Source of the DNA: Lama guanicoe
Lineage: Eukaryota
DNA: 64,000 bases
Assembly (NCBI GenBank): GCA_013239625.1
Contig: MU053557.1
Location: 5,591,842 to 5,655,841, forward strand
Direction of reading: 5' to 3'
The notes beneath the pieces were generated by a model that worked only from the letters and a program-made list of their open reading frames with translations, was not told where the DNA came from and ran no database searches. The position numbers and the translations under genes are program-made. This document shows positions 12,301-60,310 of this stretch, piece after piece (the stretch's first letter is position 1; each line of letters begins with the position of its first letter).

Positions 12301-15300
12301 ACAACCACAACAACCACAATAACAAATCGACTATAAATAACCTGACATGCACGGACAGGAGATGCCCATCCAAGCTGCTTCCTCCTGCCGGGGTCAGTGA
12401 AGCTACTCGGGGCTGAGGGCAAATGGAGGAGGTGGGCCCATATTTAGGAGGGCCCAGGCCCCATCAGATGGTCAAGCTGGACAGCAGATACTAAGCACCC
12501 AGTCTGGGCCTTCGGGATATATCTTATTTACCATCTAAGAAGTCAGTTACTAGTCTTCATTTCATTTTACAGGGAAGGCAACTGACCTGTAGAGGAGTGA
12601 AAAGGCTTGCCCAGGGTCACACATGGTGGAGCTGAGGTTTGCACTCTCATCTGTCTGATTCCAAAGCCCAGACTCTTCTTCACCACTATGGGCTCATCAC
12701 CACAGACTGGAGGTTCCTGGGGTGGAGGACTTTTTCCACTCAGGATCTCCAGCATCCAGCCCAGAGCCTGACATAAGGAAGATGCATGGCACAGAGATCT
12801 GATACAACCAATCATCAATCAATCAGCCCATCAACCTGCTGTGTCCAACCTCACCCTCTGGACCGGGCCTCACTCCCTGCTTCCCTCCTGCCTGGTCCCT
12901 GAAATCCAGGCGAGAAGCCATTTCTCCACCGAGCTCTCTTACTTTCTGACCTCCTAATTTTGAGTGACGATTTGTGAGGGAGACACATCTCCCCTGAGAG
13001 GCCCCTCCAAGTCTTTAAACACAAAGAACGTGACGCCACTCATTCCTTCAGTCTCAAAACATTGATTGAGCACCTACTGTATGCCAGGCCTTGAGTCTGG
13101 GAGAAACAGCACTGACCAGACACGGTCCCTGCTTTCTGGAGCTCACCTTGGGTGACCCAGACCCTGAAACCACACCCCCAGAGCAGCAGGTGCTGAACTG
13201 AAGCCCATGCGCCTGGCCCAGTGGCCCTCCACCCTGGCAAAGTAGAAAATCAAAGTGTTGGCACTGCAGTGCTTGGGTGGTGTTCTGTCTCTACTGGCCT
13301 CCTGTTGGACCTTTTGCCTGAGGAAGAATTTGGTTTTGCTCCAGGAAGAGAGCTATAGCTGTGGGGAATTCAACGTGCTCATATATTTGTCTGGTTTCCT
13401 TAATTCAATCTCTTTAACAAATAAAAATAAAGATAGTAGATTTGCCCAAATAGTGGCAGGCCCCACCTTAGAAGTTATTATGACACTTTCCAGAATTAGA
13501 ATCACACCATTACTGCTAATGGCCTAGGTGCCCTGGCACTGGGGAAGGTGCCAGGCGGGTTTGGGAGCCTGAGTTCCCAGCTCAGCTCAGCAGATAACTA
13601 CTGTTGGAAAAGTCATTTCACCTCCTCTGGCCTCGTCTCCCTCCTTCGTAAAACGAGAGGGCTGAACATGCTTGTAAAGACTGAACTTTCACATTCACTG
13701 TCTCATTTTGCCTTCATAATACCCTGCGAGGAAGGCATTCTGATCCCTATTTTACTGATGGGCAAATTAAAGCAGAAGAGACAGAAGAGTCCAGGTGACC
13801 CAGCCAATCAGAGGCAGAGACAGGGCCTGCATCCAGGCTCCTGACCCTTGCCTGGCATCCTCTTATCTTCACCAGGGTTTTTGGTACCAGAGTAATGTAC
13901 AGATGACTTTAAAAAATTCTTTCACACACACACAAAAATCTCACCAATCCTAAGAATATATCCAGGGATCTTAACTGCAGGAGTCCGCAGACACAAAACA
14001 GAAGAACCTGCTGGGTTTGATCTACGTGACAATCTTGGTTTATTCAGAAGCTGTGGAATCATTGATTATCCCAGTCCCTATGTGATCATAAATACAAACA
14101 CCAACAAGGGTATAGTCATGTGGCCACACAATGTTATCAGGCAGACAACCTGATGAGCCAAAAATATAATTAATTGTTTTAGATATCATTGAACATGAAA
14201 AAATTAAAGTCTTAAAGAACTTGTGGGCCTCCCCCCCAACCCATCTGAGATTCTGTCGGGCTGCCTCCACATCGCTGAAAAGCCCCTCCCAGTTCTAACA
14301 TTCTTTGAGTTTCCCTGGTAACCATCTGCTGGTGGAAATGACAATTAAGCTGTTCAGCTGCCTGGTTCACTTAGTTCCCCCATTATGGCTCTGTGCCAGG
14401 GTCAAGAAGGCCTGCGTTCACCCACCTGCAGCGACATGCAAAGGAAGAGTGACCCCCCCAAGGTCAGGGATGGGTCTCAAAATGCAGAGCACAGAAGGCC
14501 TAAACCTGGACGAACAGCATTCATTCATCCACCACCCCATTCACTAATCCATCACTCTTCAAACGTATACTCCTGCCTGTTAAAGTCCAGGCCCTAAACG
14601 TGGGAGAGAGAAGATCGGGAAGGAAAAAAACATAAGGTTTACCACAGTGTGTAGAATGTGCCACTATCAACGTCATGTACAGACATATATGTATATACTC
14701 TCTGGGAACATTGCTGCGTCCTGGGACGCTGGGGGAGGGGTGGGGAGCTGGGAGACTTACCTTTCTCTGCATTCTTTCTGTACCTTTACAGTTTTGCACC
14801 ATGTGTTTGTATCACCTACACCAGAAATGAGTTTTGATGTAAACAGTGCTGCTGACTGCCATCCCAGTGTGCTGGGGATTTGAGCAAGCTGACCCCTCCA
14901 CGGTGGTGATGGTGTCAGTGGCGGTGACTTGGGGTCAGGAAGTGGAGTGAATAAAGAGGCATCTTCTGGCCCTGTTGACCATGGCTCTTGGCCTCATCCG
15001 AGAGGCTGCTGACCCGAGAGTGCTCTGCTCGCCCACCTCCCAACAGGGTGCTGTGCCCGGGAGGAATTACTTGGAGGTAACAGGAATGCCCTCCCTGCTG
15101 TGACCTCAAGAGACTTGTTTGTGTGGGCTGTCATGTGGTCACATGTGAGTGAAAGTGACTGGGCACATGTGCCCCTTTCTTTCCCCAGACAAATATTTCC
15201 CTTGGAGCCATCAGATGCTCTCCCAAGCTTGTTGCCACGGGTGAATGGACAGCTTTCAGCAGCTGTGGTGTGTGTCCTCCCGCCACTCGTGCGAGAACAG

Positions 15301-15862
15301 GATGCCACTCCACACACATCCCTGCCTCCGGAGTCATCAAACACGGCCTTAGGACCTGGGGATGGTAGACCTGGGTTCCCCCATCCCAGTTCCTCCAGAG
15401 ACCCAGCTCCACTCCGAGAGATAGTAAAATGTGAAGAGGTTTGTGGATCCCTTTGGCCAGACAAGGTTGGGGCAGCCACACCGAATGGGTCTCAGGGGAC
15501 AGCTTCCCCAGAGACTTTTCTCAGTGAGTCCTCCCTCGCCTTGGGGCCTCAGGACTTTCTGCCACTGCCCGCTGCCTCCCAGCCCCCCTAGAGAACGCGA
15601 GACTGTCCTTATCCCTATTTCACAAGTGAGGAGCCCAGAAGTAAACTAACTCCCTCCCAAGATCACCTCGCCTGTAAATCTGTCAGTCTGAATGCAGCCC
15701 AGGCTGGTCCAGCTGGAGGACCCACTCTCCTCTCCCTCCACTGCAAGGCCCCCCGAGGAGGGCGCTACTCCCACAAAATGGTCTCAGCTTCTGCAGCCCT
15801 CGGAAGCTCAGACCGCAGAGGAAGAGATCAGCACTGCTGGTTATATTAAAATGTCAAACCCA

Positions 15863-15945
15863 GGGTGAGGGGTATAGCACAGTGGTAGAGCAAGCACTTC
15901 GCATGCGTGAGGTCCTGGGTTCAATCCCCAGTGACTCCATTAAGG
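15863..15945 (+). mobile_element. tRNA-Ala-derived SINE head inserted in an L1 relic
   Basis: GGGGTATAGCACAGTGGTAGAGC...GGTCCTGGGTTCAATCCCCAGTGACTCCA, same family as 5176. Confidence 0.75.
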
Positions 15946-15959
15946 AGCATAGAGGGGAC

Positions 15960-16800
15960 ATGAAACCGTTGTGCATCAAAAGACTCCATGAATAAAGTGA
16001 AAAGATAAGCCACCGACTGGCATAAGATTATAGCCTCAGACCCAGGATTAGAGCTGCCACAAATCAATAAGAACGTCGCAAACAACCCAGGGAAACATGG
16101 GCCAGGATGCAAAGGCAGTTCACAGGAGAGGAAATCCAAAAGGCCCATTAAATGATAAAAAAAAGTTTCAGCTCCACTAATCAGAGGCATACAAATTAAA
16201 AATACGAATGAGAGGCATTTGGCCCCTCTCAGAGTGGCATAAATTCCGAAGTCTGACAATTGTCAGCCTGAGTCTGGCTGTGAAGCAACAGAAACTGGCC
16301 AGGCCTTCAGATGCAAGGATGTCCATGGCAGCGTGGTCTGTATGGTGGGAACCTGGAAATAACTCAAGTGCCCATCAACAAGAGAATGGATTAATGATTG
16401 TGATCCATATAATGAAATGGATTGGAAGAGTGACAGTGTATTCTGCAGAGCTCTGCATGTCAACGTGGATACATTTCAGATAAAAATGTTGAACGGAAAC
16501 AAGTTGCAGAAGGCGATGTACAATATTGTATCGTTTATGAAAACTTTAAAAATCTGCAAAGCAACACTTTATACGTTCTATGAATATACACATACATAGC
16601 ATAAATATGAAAATCTGTGCAGGAAGGATTCACACCAACCTCAGGGAATGGGGTGGTGACTCTCTAGGTAGGAGGGAGTGAAATGGGCTGAGAAGCTCCT
16701 ATTTATTTGTGATGTCTTGTTTCATAATCTAGGTCCTGGGAACAAGGGAGCTGTATGTATTTGTCCCTATATTTTTCATGTTAAATATTTTATAATAAAG
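15960..16800 (+). mobile_element. Old LINE-1 (L1M-type) 3' fragment
   Basis: L1 ORF2 3' end and 3' UTR-like text: CATCAAAAGACTCCATGAATAAAGTGAAAAGATAAGCCAC, CCACTAATCAGAGGCATACAAATTAAAA, CTGGAAATAACTCAAGTGCCCATCAACAAGAGAATGGAT. Confidence 0.8.
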
Positions 16801-17946
16801 CAGAGAGCTGGATAGTGGCTCTAGGGTCAATTGTCTCCCAGGTCAGTGATCACTGTTCAAAAATTTGATCTGAAATTTCCTCCTAGTCATTGCTCCTAGT
16901 TCTGTTCTTTTAGGAGCCCATGTGAAAACCCAACAATTGGTGGCATACATCCGAGTTGGCTCCTGCCCTCAGCAGGCTAATTGTGCAGGCTGCCAACTGC
17001 AGAGAGGAGCCCACATCTCTCAGCCACCCGCTCCGTTGCCATCCCTCCCCACCCTTCATCACCCTTCCCGGCCCTCTCAGCAGATGGCTGCACACACAGC
17101 ATGTTCTTTTCTGTGGAAAGTCCTTGAGAAGCCTGGAGGCAAAGAAGTCTCAAAGAAACCGCACCACGTTTGTCAGCGGATTTCTCTTTGCTAACTGTGG
17201 ACTAGACTCAACAAGGGATGCTCAGTGGAAAGAACTGAGCTGGGAGTGAGGACATATGTTGTTGATTTACTGGGTGACTCTGGGTAAGTGACACAACCTC
17301 TCTGAGCCTCAATGTCTCTCCAGGTGCACGGAGGGAGATGGGTGATCAAACGTGGTAGTTCCAAACCTAGAAGCATAAGCATTGACTAGGGAGCTTTGAA
17401 AGACACAGATGTAGGGGCCTGTAATTGGAACTGCCTGAGGTGAGCCCTGGAATTGTCTTTCTAGTGAATCACCAGTTCATTCCAATACCTGGGCTAGTCT
17501 GGCAATCATTCGACGGTCATTCCAGGTTGGACATTCATGTCTGTGAGAAAACTGTCCACACTGCCTTATTTTCTGTCTCCGCCCCCAGCGCCTTTCTGCA
17601 TCCTTGTTAATCATCACCCTGAATAGTTTATGCCAAGCCGGGTGCTGGGTGAGAATGAGGGAGCAGATGAGCTTCCAGAATGCAGCCCCTCTCAGCCTCC
17701 CACTCCTTGGTAACTGCAGGGAAGCTGAGAAAGAAGGCGGGGAGAGGGGCAAGCACTCATACCCTCCACGGGTAAAGGAGGGGCTGAGGGTAGGGGGCAC
17801 AGCCCATCTGCTGAATTCCTGTCCCTCCACCCCAAGAACCGTCAGCCCAGCTCCTAGAGGCAGCTCTTCCCTTTCCTTCCTACCTGACCCCCAGTGAGGG
17901 CAGGAGTCACTGCAAATCACAGAATCCTAGAACGTCAGAGGCAGAC

Positions 17947-18223
17947 CAGTGTTTTCCCAATTGCAGCCATTCACCGCGGTCTTACCACCTGTACTATTAT
18001 TTAATTGATACTTTCTTTTACATTGACTCACTGTTTTTTTACTCGAATGCCTACTTTAGCCCCACTCTAAGCAATCATATCTGTGAAATAACAGGTTTGA
18101 TGTGCTAGTTATTTTTTGTCCAATACACTTCAAAATAAATACATAATGATTTCCATTTTTAAATGTCCATCTCTTTATCTCCTGAAGTCACTTTGTACAT
18201 TACCATACTTTTCAGAAACACTG
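17947..18223. mobile_element. hAT-Charlie-type MITE with terminal inverted repeats
   Basis: Starts CAGTGTTTT and ends GAAACACTG; shares TACCACCTGTA(C/T)TATTATT with the element at 3057. Confidence 0.7.
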
Positions 18224-21200
18224 AACTGGTCCATCCCTCTTGTTTTACAGGGATAGAGACTGAGGTGCAGGGAGAGGTGGGTTTTGCCAAAGGTCACACC
18301 ACTGGGGGTGGTCCTCGTATTCTCACAGGCATCCACACTGGAGAGAAAGGGGTGCACACCACAGGGCCCACCGTGGGTTCCCGGCGCCCTGGTGACCTTG
18401 ACCTTTAGGGATACCTTCCTTTGGTTGTGCACTGCCCCCTCCTGGCCAGTCCTTCTGCAATGTAGGGAAAGAAAGGACCTCCTTGCAGATGACGAGGTGG
18501 AGATGAGAAGCTGGGGTAGTCAGGGAAGGCATCATTGAGGAGGCGGCATTTGCACTTGGCTTTGAAGGGTGAATAGACTGGAATGGTCTTGAATGCCTAT
18601 TAGGAAGCTGTGATTTGATCCCGTGGTCAGTGGTTCATCTGGGGGAGGTTTGGAAAGCAGAGGAGGGGTGCAAGGCCAAATGCAGTGTGAAGAACAGACA
18701 GGGGAGAGGAGAGTGGAGGCAGAGGCCACCTGGAGGGAAGAGCAGATGTGGCAGTGATCCAGGCGAAGAGGGACAGGGCCCACTTTGCTTCTACCCCACT
18801 GGGGACCTCACGAAGTCAGTTCCTACATCTGTTTCCTTATGGGCAAGAGGCGAGAACTGGGCTCCATGCCCTGCAAGGACCGTTTCAGCTCTGAAAAATG
18901 AAACCAGATAAAGAAGAAATGATGCTGATGAGACTGTGGATTGCTTCAACCCCTGTGGCATTTAGTCTGGCTTTAGCTATTAACATAAACCCATGCCTCT
19001 CATCCAGCCCACTTTTGATTTCAATCCCAAATTAAAATTCAGAATTCAAAAATTAAAGCTCTGGTCTGTATGGCTGTACTTACTAGGTTTAGAGTGGCCC
19101 TGTTGTAGTAGTGAAGCAACTAGAAGGAACAAGCCTATCTCACATCTGCCACCTCTGTCTGTCAGTCATCCCACCGGGAATTGGCTGAGAGCATCCAGCT
19201 GCTGGAGCCTGTCTGAATCCTGCCGCCCACTGGCTGTGCGGCCTCTCTGGACCTCAGTTTCCTCATCTATAAACAGGGCTGATAACCAGCTACATGTTTC
19301 CTAGGATGCATAGTGCTGGCTCATGGTACCCACTGCACAAATGTGAGCTGTCACTATTACTCAAAAGGCCGTGGCAGATCCACCTGTCTGGAGAAATGGC
19401 TCTGCTGTGTTATTAAATGAAAAAAGCAAATTACAGATTTGTGTCTTTAGTACGATCCCCTTTTGTAAAAAAAAAAATAAAGAAGAAGGAAGAGAGAACG
19501 GAAAAGAGCACTGAAACCCTATGAAGCATGTCTGTGTCAGCACAGAGGAAGGACGGGCAGGGATCTGACGTCAGGCCACTAAGATTGTTTGGGGAAGGGA
19601 GGGGCTGAGTGTGGGGAAGTGTGCTGGGAATGGATGAGAGAGGGAAAGAGTAACTTGGTCTTTATATATCTATGAATTGTTTGACTTGTTACTTTAGTAA
19701 CTTTTAAATCTTGTATAACCTTTAAAATCTCCAGTGAGGTTGAAAAAAAGGAAAGAGAGAAATTGTCATCCCAGGAGAGGGAAGGAGGCCATAGGAAATC
19801 TGCTGGCGCATGTGACTTGGCACAGAGAGAACCCTTTGTCACAGTGGATGAAGGGGCTGTCTTTGGATTCTGATGGCAAAAGCAGCCTTCCCAGGTGGGC
19901 TTTTCTCTTGAGAGTGTCTGTCTTGGAAGGTTCTTGTCCAACCTCTCCAACCAAAAGAAATGTTGAAGATCAGAGAGGGCAAGAGACTGGCCCAAGGTCA
20001 CACAGCACAGTCAGGCCAAAAATGTAGTTTCCTGACTCCTGGCCCAATAACCTCTCCCTGTATGGTGCTGCCTCCCACCTCTGTGCAGAAGCCACTCCTG
20101 CTGGGAAGAGAAGGGTATACAGCCCTACCTGCTTAGTTTCCTTCCCCTCTACTGACAGTCTTTCCTTCACTCATTTCCTGAGAGCCCTGCTGGAGAATTC
20201 AGGACAATTAAGGCATACTGCTTACCCAAGAGGCACTCACAGTTGAGTGGTCTGGAAGCTTCTGGCTTCTACCACTAACAAAGACATATTTTTTCTAACT
20301 GGTGGAAAAATGCTCTGAGGCCAATTTTTTTTAATGCACTGTTTTGTTTGTTGCTGTCTTAATTGTTGCCATGTTATATTTGATCAGTTTAATGTTTTGA
20401 TTTTGTGCTTGGGCCCCAAGGCAATTCAGTGAAGGGGATGATTTGGAAAATCAAGGAAATAAAGAAATTGTCCACAGAAGAGGCAGCCTCCCAGGAGCCA
20501 AGGATAAAACCTAAGTGCCTAAAATGAGTTTTATTAGGAACAAAACAAAAACAAACAACCTGTTGCCAGACAAAAGGTATTAAACCATCCTGGTTTGTCT
20601 TTGTTTTTCTTTTTTAAATTTAATACCAGATACCAGTTCTCTATTTCTTCCAAGGTCAGAGAGAGATGGAAGACCCAGTTCCTTCTCTACTGCCTCCTAG
20701 AAGTCTTCTACATTTCTGTGTCCAGGCCTGGATTCACGGTGTACGCCCTGCCTGTTCTGCCCTCCCCTCTTCTACAGGAGACAGGCTATAAGCTCCCATC
20801 ATTGGCCAGTACTTATTGACTAGGACTGGGGATAACACAGCCAACAGGAGGACCCCTAGTCTGCCTTCAGGGAATTTACTAAGGCAGGCATTCTCAGCTG
20901 GGGCTAAGGGGATGAAAACTGGTTCTTGGAGGGATGAAAAAAATCTTCCATCTTCCCAATGATTTGCACGCTCATCGCCCTGTTCACTACCTCAGTGAGT
21001 GGCCCATCCAGCCACCCAGTCAGTAACCGGGGCATAACCATCAATTCGAGTTGCTAGTCCTCTCTGAGCTCAGGTTCTTGGTTATTGACCTTGTGGCTGC
21101 CCAGTCCACAAAGGCTTTCACTCTCCCTGAAAATTGACCCCATCTGTCTTCAATTCCCTCTCTGCCCAGCCTAGATCCAGGGCCCCAAAATTGGGCATCT

Positions 21201-21379
21201 CTTTTCCCAAAACTTTAGATCCCTGTGCCCTTTCCCCCTAACCATCTGGCAAAGCCCTGGGCCTGGGTAAACCCCACTAAGTACTTTCCCCTGCTTGCAT
21301 GTGGGCAGGTGAGCCATGGTGGGGGAAATCACTCAGCTGACAGGACACACGGCATTTAGTGACCACAACCAGCTGGGTT

Positions 21380-24300
21380 GTCAACACTGTCAGGCAGTTG
21401 GGGATTTCGTGGGCAAGTTTGCTCCTCAAGTCTCTGAATGCAAACTCTCCTCCTTCCCTCAAACTCCTCACCACCTCTTCCTCGCTCTCAGCAGAAGACC
21501 TCACCTCCCACTTTGCAGAAAAAAATAGCAGCTCAAGATGAAATCTCCCTTAACATCCCACTACAAACCTACATCTACATCTGCACCCGTCCTCTCTTTG
21601 TTCCTTCTTTTGGTTCGAGAGAAGTCATCCCTCCTCCTTTACCAGACCAACCCCTCCACCTACGTGCCTGATCCCATCGCCTCGCACACGCTCGTGATCA
21701 TCGCCCACTGATTATCTCCCCTATTTCCCACACCCTTCATTAATCTCTCCCTTTAACCTGCCATCAGCCTGAAAACAAACTCAGGTCTCTTCCACCTTTT
21801 AATGTGCCTCCCCCCAACACACACACTGACCACATCACAGCATCTCTCTCCTCCCCTTCACACAAATTCTCAAAAGACCCACTGCCTCCTTCACCCCTTG
21901 CTTTCAGACCACTGCTATCTGACCCTCTCCATCACTCTGCAGAAAACAGCACTCCTTTTTTTAAAGTGAGATTTCTTTCCTTTTTTAGTTTTATTAGGTA
22001 GAATTATTACAGTTTGACTGCACATATACATTATATTGCATTTAAATACATATATACAATATACTGCACATTTTTTTTTAGTTTACATATATGTACTGAT
22101 CATTGCAGAACAACGCTCCCTAAAGCCACCAACAGTCCCCATGCCTGTCATGAACCAAAGCTGGTGGTTCCATCCTCATCCTTCTCAACTCTCAGAGCAT
22201 TCCCCGTTGACTCCTCTCACCCTCCTGATACTCTTGGCTTCCTTCCTTTCATTTCCTTCCCTACGCGCACTCTCCTGGGTTTTCTCCCACCTCTCGGTCC
22301 CTCCTTCTCAGCCTCTGCAGGTATATCCTCATTTTCACAGCCCTAACCTGTGGGTGTGCCTCTGAGCTCCATCCTGGGGTGCCTTCTCTTCTCTTTCCAA
22401 CTTCATCTCTCTGAGCAATCCAGCCCTCATTCTCGTGATTATCTCTCTACTGACAACTTCCCATCCTCATGTGAGTCCAAACCCAGGCTTCCACGTGCCT
22501 ACTCAACATCTACAGGCAGTGTCCCGAAGGCCTTTCGAGCTCACCATGTCTAAAGTGGAACTTGCACTTTTCACTCCCCCCTCCTCCTCTTTGCACTCAT
22601 CCGCCCCCCCACCCCATCCCAGTTGTCTCCAGTTTCCCCTGTCTCAGTGAAAACCACTGCCTGCCTGTTTGCCCAGAAACCTCAGAGTCCAACCTGACAC
22701 TCCCTCTCCATTACCCTCCATTCCTACACATCTCTATGATGATTTTATTTCCTGATGATTGGAATCTTCCACCGCTGTACAGCTGCACTGCCACTGGCCC
22801 TGCCCCCATGATGTTCTCCCCAGATGCCTGCTTGCACCCCTGACCTTAAGTTGTCTTGCATCTACTCATATACACTTCACTTTTCACTAGGCATTCACAC
22901 AGGTCACATTAAAATGCAAATGTCATCCTGTCCTTCTTAGGCCTACACTGTCAGTGGCTTCCCATCACTCTGAAGATGAAGAGAAAGATCCTTAATGTGG
23001 AATCTGTCTCTGCTCACCTTCTACACTCCCTTATTCTCTGCTCTCCCTCGTGGGTTCTGCTACAAAGGCCTTTTCTTGCCTCTTCTCTCAGCTATACCTT
23101 CTGCCTCAGGCCCTTTGCACAGGTTCTTTTGTCTGCCTAGGATTCCCCCCATACCCCATCCTCTCTTGCACATCATTCAGATTTCCTCACAAATATCACT
23201 TCCTCAGGGAATCCTTCCCTAACCCCTCAGAAGAGATCAATCCCTCCTTCCTGTCAAATGCTTTCACAGTAACGGCTAACATACACACGAGCGCAGCGCT
23301 ATCCTTTGGAACTCTTCTATGCACTTCTGCTTAGACCTGATTTCCTCCTCGCAACAATCCTATGAGCTAGAATTTATAACTATCTCTATTTTACAGGTGA
23401 AGAAACTGAGGCACAGAGAAGTTATGTAATGCACCAAGGTCACCTGGTTAATGAGAGGCAAAGCTGGAATTTGAACCCAACTAGTATGACTCCAGCATAG
23501 TTTTAAACACTCTACTATTCCATAAGAAAACACTATCCCTTTTCCTTTCTGCACTTACTGTTTGTAACAATATATTTGTATGACCATTTGTTTAGTTTGT
23601 GTCTCCCAGATTAGACTATAAACTCTGTTGGGCTAGAGACAGTTTTATCCCCAATAGTAGGTGCTCAATAAATGTTTGCTATATAGCTGAATGTACATTA
23701 GTCCCCTCCCTCTTGCTCACTCACCACCTTCCAACAATCACCTGGTCCTGTCCCTGTTTCTTCCTGGAGCAGCAGTTCCTAAGTCTAGAAGGTTCAGGTA
23801 TGTGTCCTAAAATTGGATGGAAAATGTTATGGGTCTGGACACCTTCAAAATTTTCTACAGCAAAGGCTAGGTGGTTCATGTTGTCTTCAGTTTCTCAATG
23901 GGTCCATAAAGTTAAGAACTGGTGATTCAAATATTCCCCAGCCTTGCTCACCCTCTCCCTGCCAACCTCCCCTCCACAACTACAACACCCTCACGTCTAG
24001 CTTTGTTCTCCACAAATCCATCCTCCATGCTTGGGTCATAGCAGTCTTTTAAAAACACATACCCAGGTCACCCTCCTGCATAAAACCAGTCAGAGTCTAT
24101 ATTGCCCTTGGAACAGAGTGCAAACTCTGCTGAGGGGAGAGGGTGCTATAGGCCCTGTTAACTTCTCCATTCTTTTGTGCCTCACTCGTTCCCTCTTCCC
24201 CTCAACTCTACAGCCCAGCAGTACAGACTCGGTTTTACGTTTGTGTTTCCCAGCCTGTACCAGTGTGGTTTCTCCTGTCTGTACTCATGCAGTGACCTCT

Positions 24301-24600
24301 GCCTGGGATGCCAGTCCTCTCATCTGCACCTAGAAATTCCTACTCCATCTTTAAGCATCAGCTTAGATGTCTCTTTGGGGTTAGGGGCCCCTCCTCCCTG
24401 CTTCCATAGGCTAAGCCTGTCCCGGACAACGCACAGAAGGCACTGAACCATAGTTTTTTGGTTGCCGACTGTCTCTCTCCTGCCCTGTGAGCTTTGAGAG
24501 CAGTTCCCAGGTCTTATTCAACTTTTTATCCCCCAGTTCTAGACAAGCGCTAGCCCAAAGTACGGTGCTCAATAAGGATTTGTTCAGTGAATGAATGATG
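21380..24600 (+). mobile_element. Cluster of LINE-2 fragments with a nested MIR (about 23270-23520, minus strand)
   Basis: Long C/T-rich L2-like text with L2 3' ends TAGGTGCTCAATAAATGTTTG (about 23660) and GGTGCTCAATAAGGATTTGTTCAGTGAATGAATG (about 24570). Confidence 0.65.
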
Positions 24601-24789
24601 ACAAATAGTTCATGGGTTCTAAAAAAATCTGTGAAATGAATAAATGAGTGGGTAACTGGAAGTTCGGGCCTAGAGAGAGATGCAGATTAGGAAATTCAGA
24701 GATGAGTAAAACGCGATTGCAGCTGTCAGACATCTAAGCGGAAGACAAATCCCTTGAAGGAGTCAGTCTGAAGGATTTAAGGAGTCATT

Positions 24790-59105
<34,316 letters not shown>

Positions 59106-59849
59106 AGGACACCAGGCGGCAGGTACGCTTCCTGAGTCTGGAATCCCTGCTGATCATTCACTACCCGGGGAGGGCAGGAGGGCAACTGCAGCTTTTGCCG
59201 TGGTCCCAGGGAGCTAGACAGGGCTTCGTGGGTGGGCCCTGAAGGGAAGGGGGTGTGGAGAAAGAGGTTCCATTCCTCAAGGTCAGTGGGTCATGCCAGG
59301 AACCAGAGCTGCAGACCCAGAAGGATCCAGAACAGTCCTAGCAATGACTGACCCTGAGCATACCATGGGAGGTGGGCACTGAGGTGGTGCCTCTTGTGCG
59401 TGCGGATAAAGCTTGAGGGCAGGGACGGCTCAGTCACTCCCTCACCTCTGTCAGTTCCTTTTCCTTATGATTTTGTTATTCGAGGGCATTTCTTCATGGG
59501 AAGAAAGATGGTTTGCTCAAAACAAGCCATTCTAATGGCTCTGTGCCTCCCAGGTGATGGTAAAGGGGTTGAGTGCTCTGCCAGGCTGAGCAGGCCCCCG
59601 CAGCCACCCAGCCGCCTATAAATGCGGGTAATACAGGTCTGGGCTGGTGGTGAGGATTCACTGAAGTTAAATTCTATCTAAAGCACTCAGCCCATTGCCT
59701 GGGACATGGTCAGCACTAACAAGGATCCACTGTGGTTAGTTAATGTGCCTTCCCTGCATCGGAGATGCCAGATTTTGATTTTATTTTGTTCTCCTAGATG
59801 GAGAAAACAGTCGGGAAATCTTACATTTGAGCATGTTTCCTTTGCCCAG

Positions 59850-60310
59850 ATTTCTTAGCCAAGTAGTGATCAGTTCCATGCCTCTGCCCTTTGCCCACCG
59901 TGGGTTGGAATTGAAATTTTTTTAACTTCCCCTCCCTCCCCAGAAGATGGCCTGCTGTGGTGTCCATGCTGGCCAAGCCAGTGAGCTGTGCAGAGCTCCC
60001 GTGACCTCCACTCAGTGACCCCAGGCTGATTTCTGTTCCGACACAGGATGCTACGTATGGACATGTACAGTATATATATATTTTTTTAAGTGACCTGCCC
60101 CTCCCTTCTCAGACCCAACATGCCCAGGGGCCTCGGGACTTCCCACCTCTGCCCTGCAGACCCGGCGAGGTTCAGCCTGCAATTCCTCCCACACCCCTGG
60201 TCTCCAGCTCATGCTGAGGCTTTGTCCTCCTTTTGTTAGTCTTTTCCTCATTTTGTTTGTGGGTTTTTTGGTAAGAACTCAAAAAATAAAAGACTTGAAG
60301 GAAAGGTGCA
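59850..60310 (+). other. TCOF1: TCOF1 non-coding last exon (3' UTR)
   Basis: Acceptor tttgcccag|atttc; contains TGTACAGTATATATATATTTTTTTAAGTGACC and a T-rich stretch before AATAAA. The 3' end is approximate. Confidence 0.75.
60285..60290 (+). terminator. TCOF1: TCOF1 polyadenylation signal AATAAA
   Basis: Canonical hexamer after a T-rich upstream element. Confidence 0.85.

Noticed and set aside
14994..15591. Overlapping 161- and 163-aa ORFs on opposite strands
   Set aside because: No homology that I recognise, no convincing exon structure, non-ATG starts.
15868..15939. tRNA-Ala(CGC)-like gene
   Set aside because: Acceptor and anticodon stems are imperfect, there is no oligo-T terminator directly downstream, it sits inside an L1 relic, and it matches the SINE copies at 5176 and 41462.
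1..24700. Protein-coding exons of a neighbouring gene such as ARSI
   Set aside because: No sulfatase-like or other recognisable peptide in any frame; the region is dominated by old repeats.
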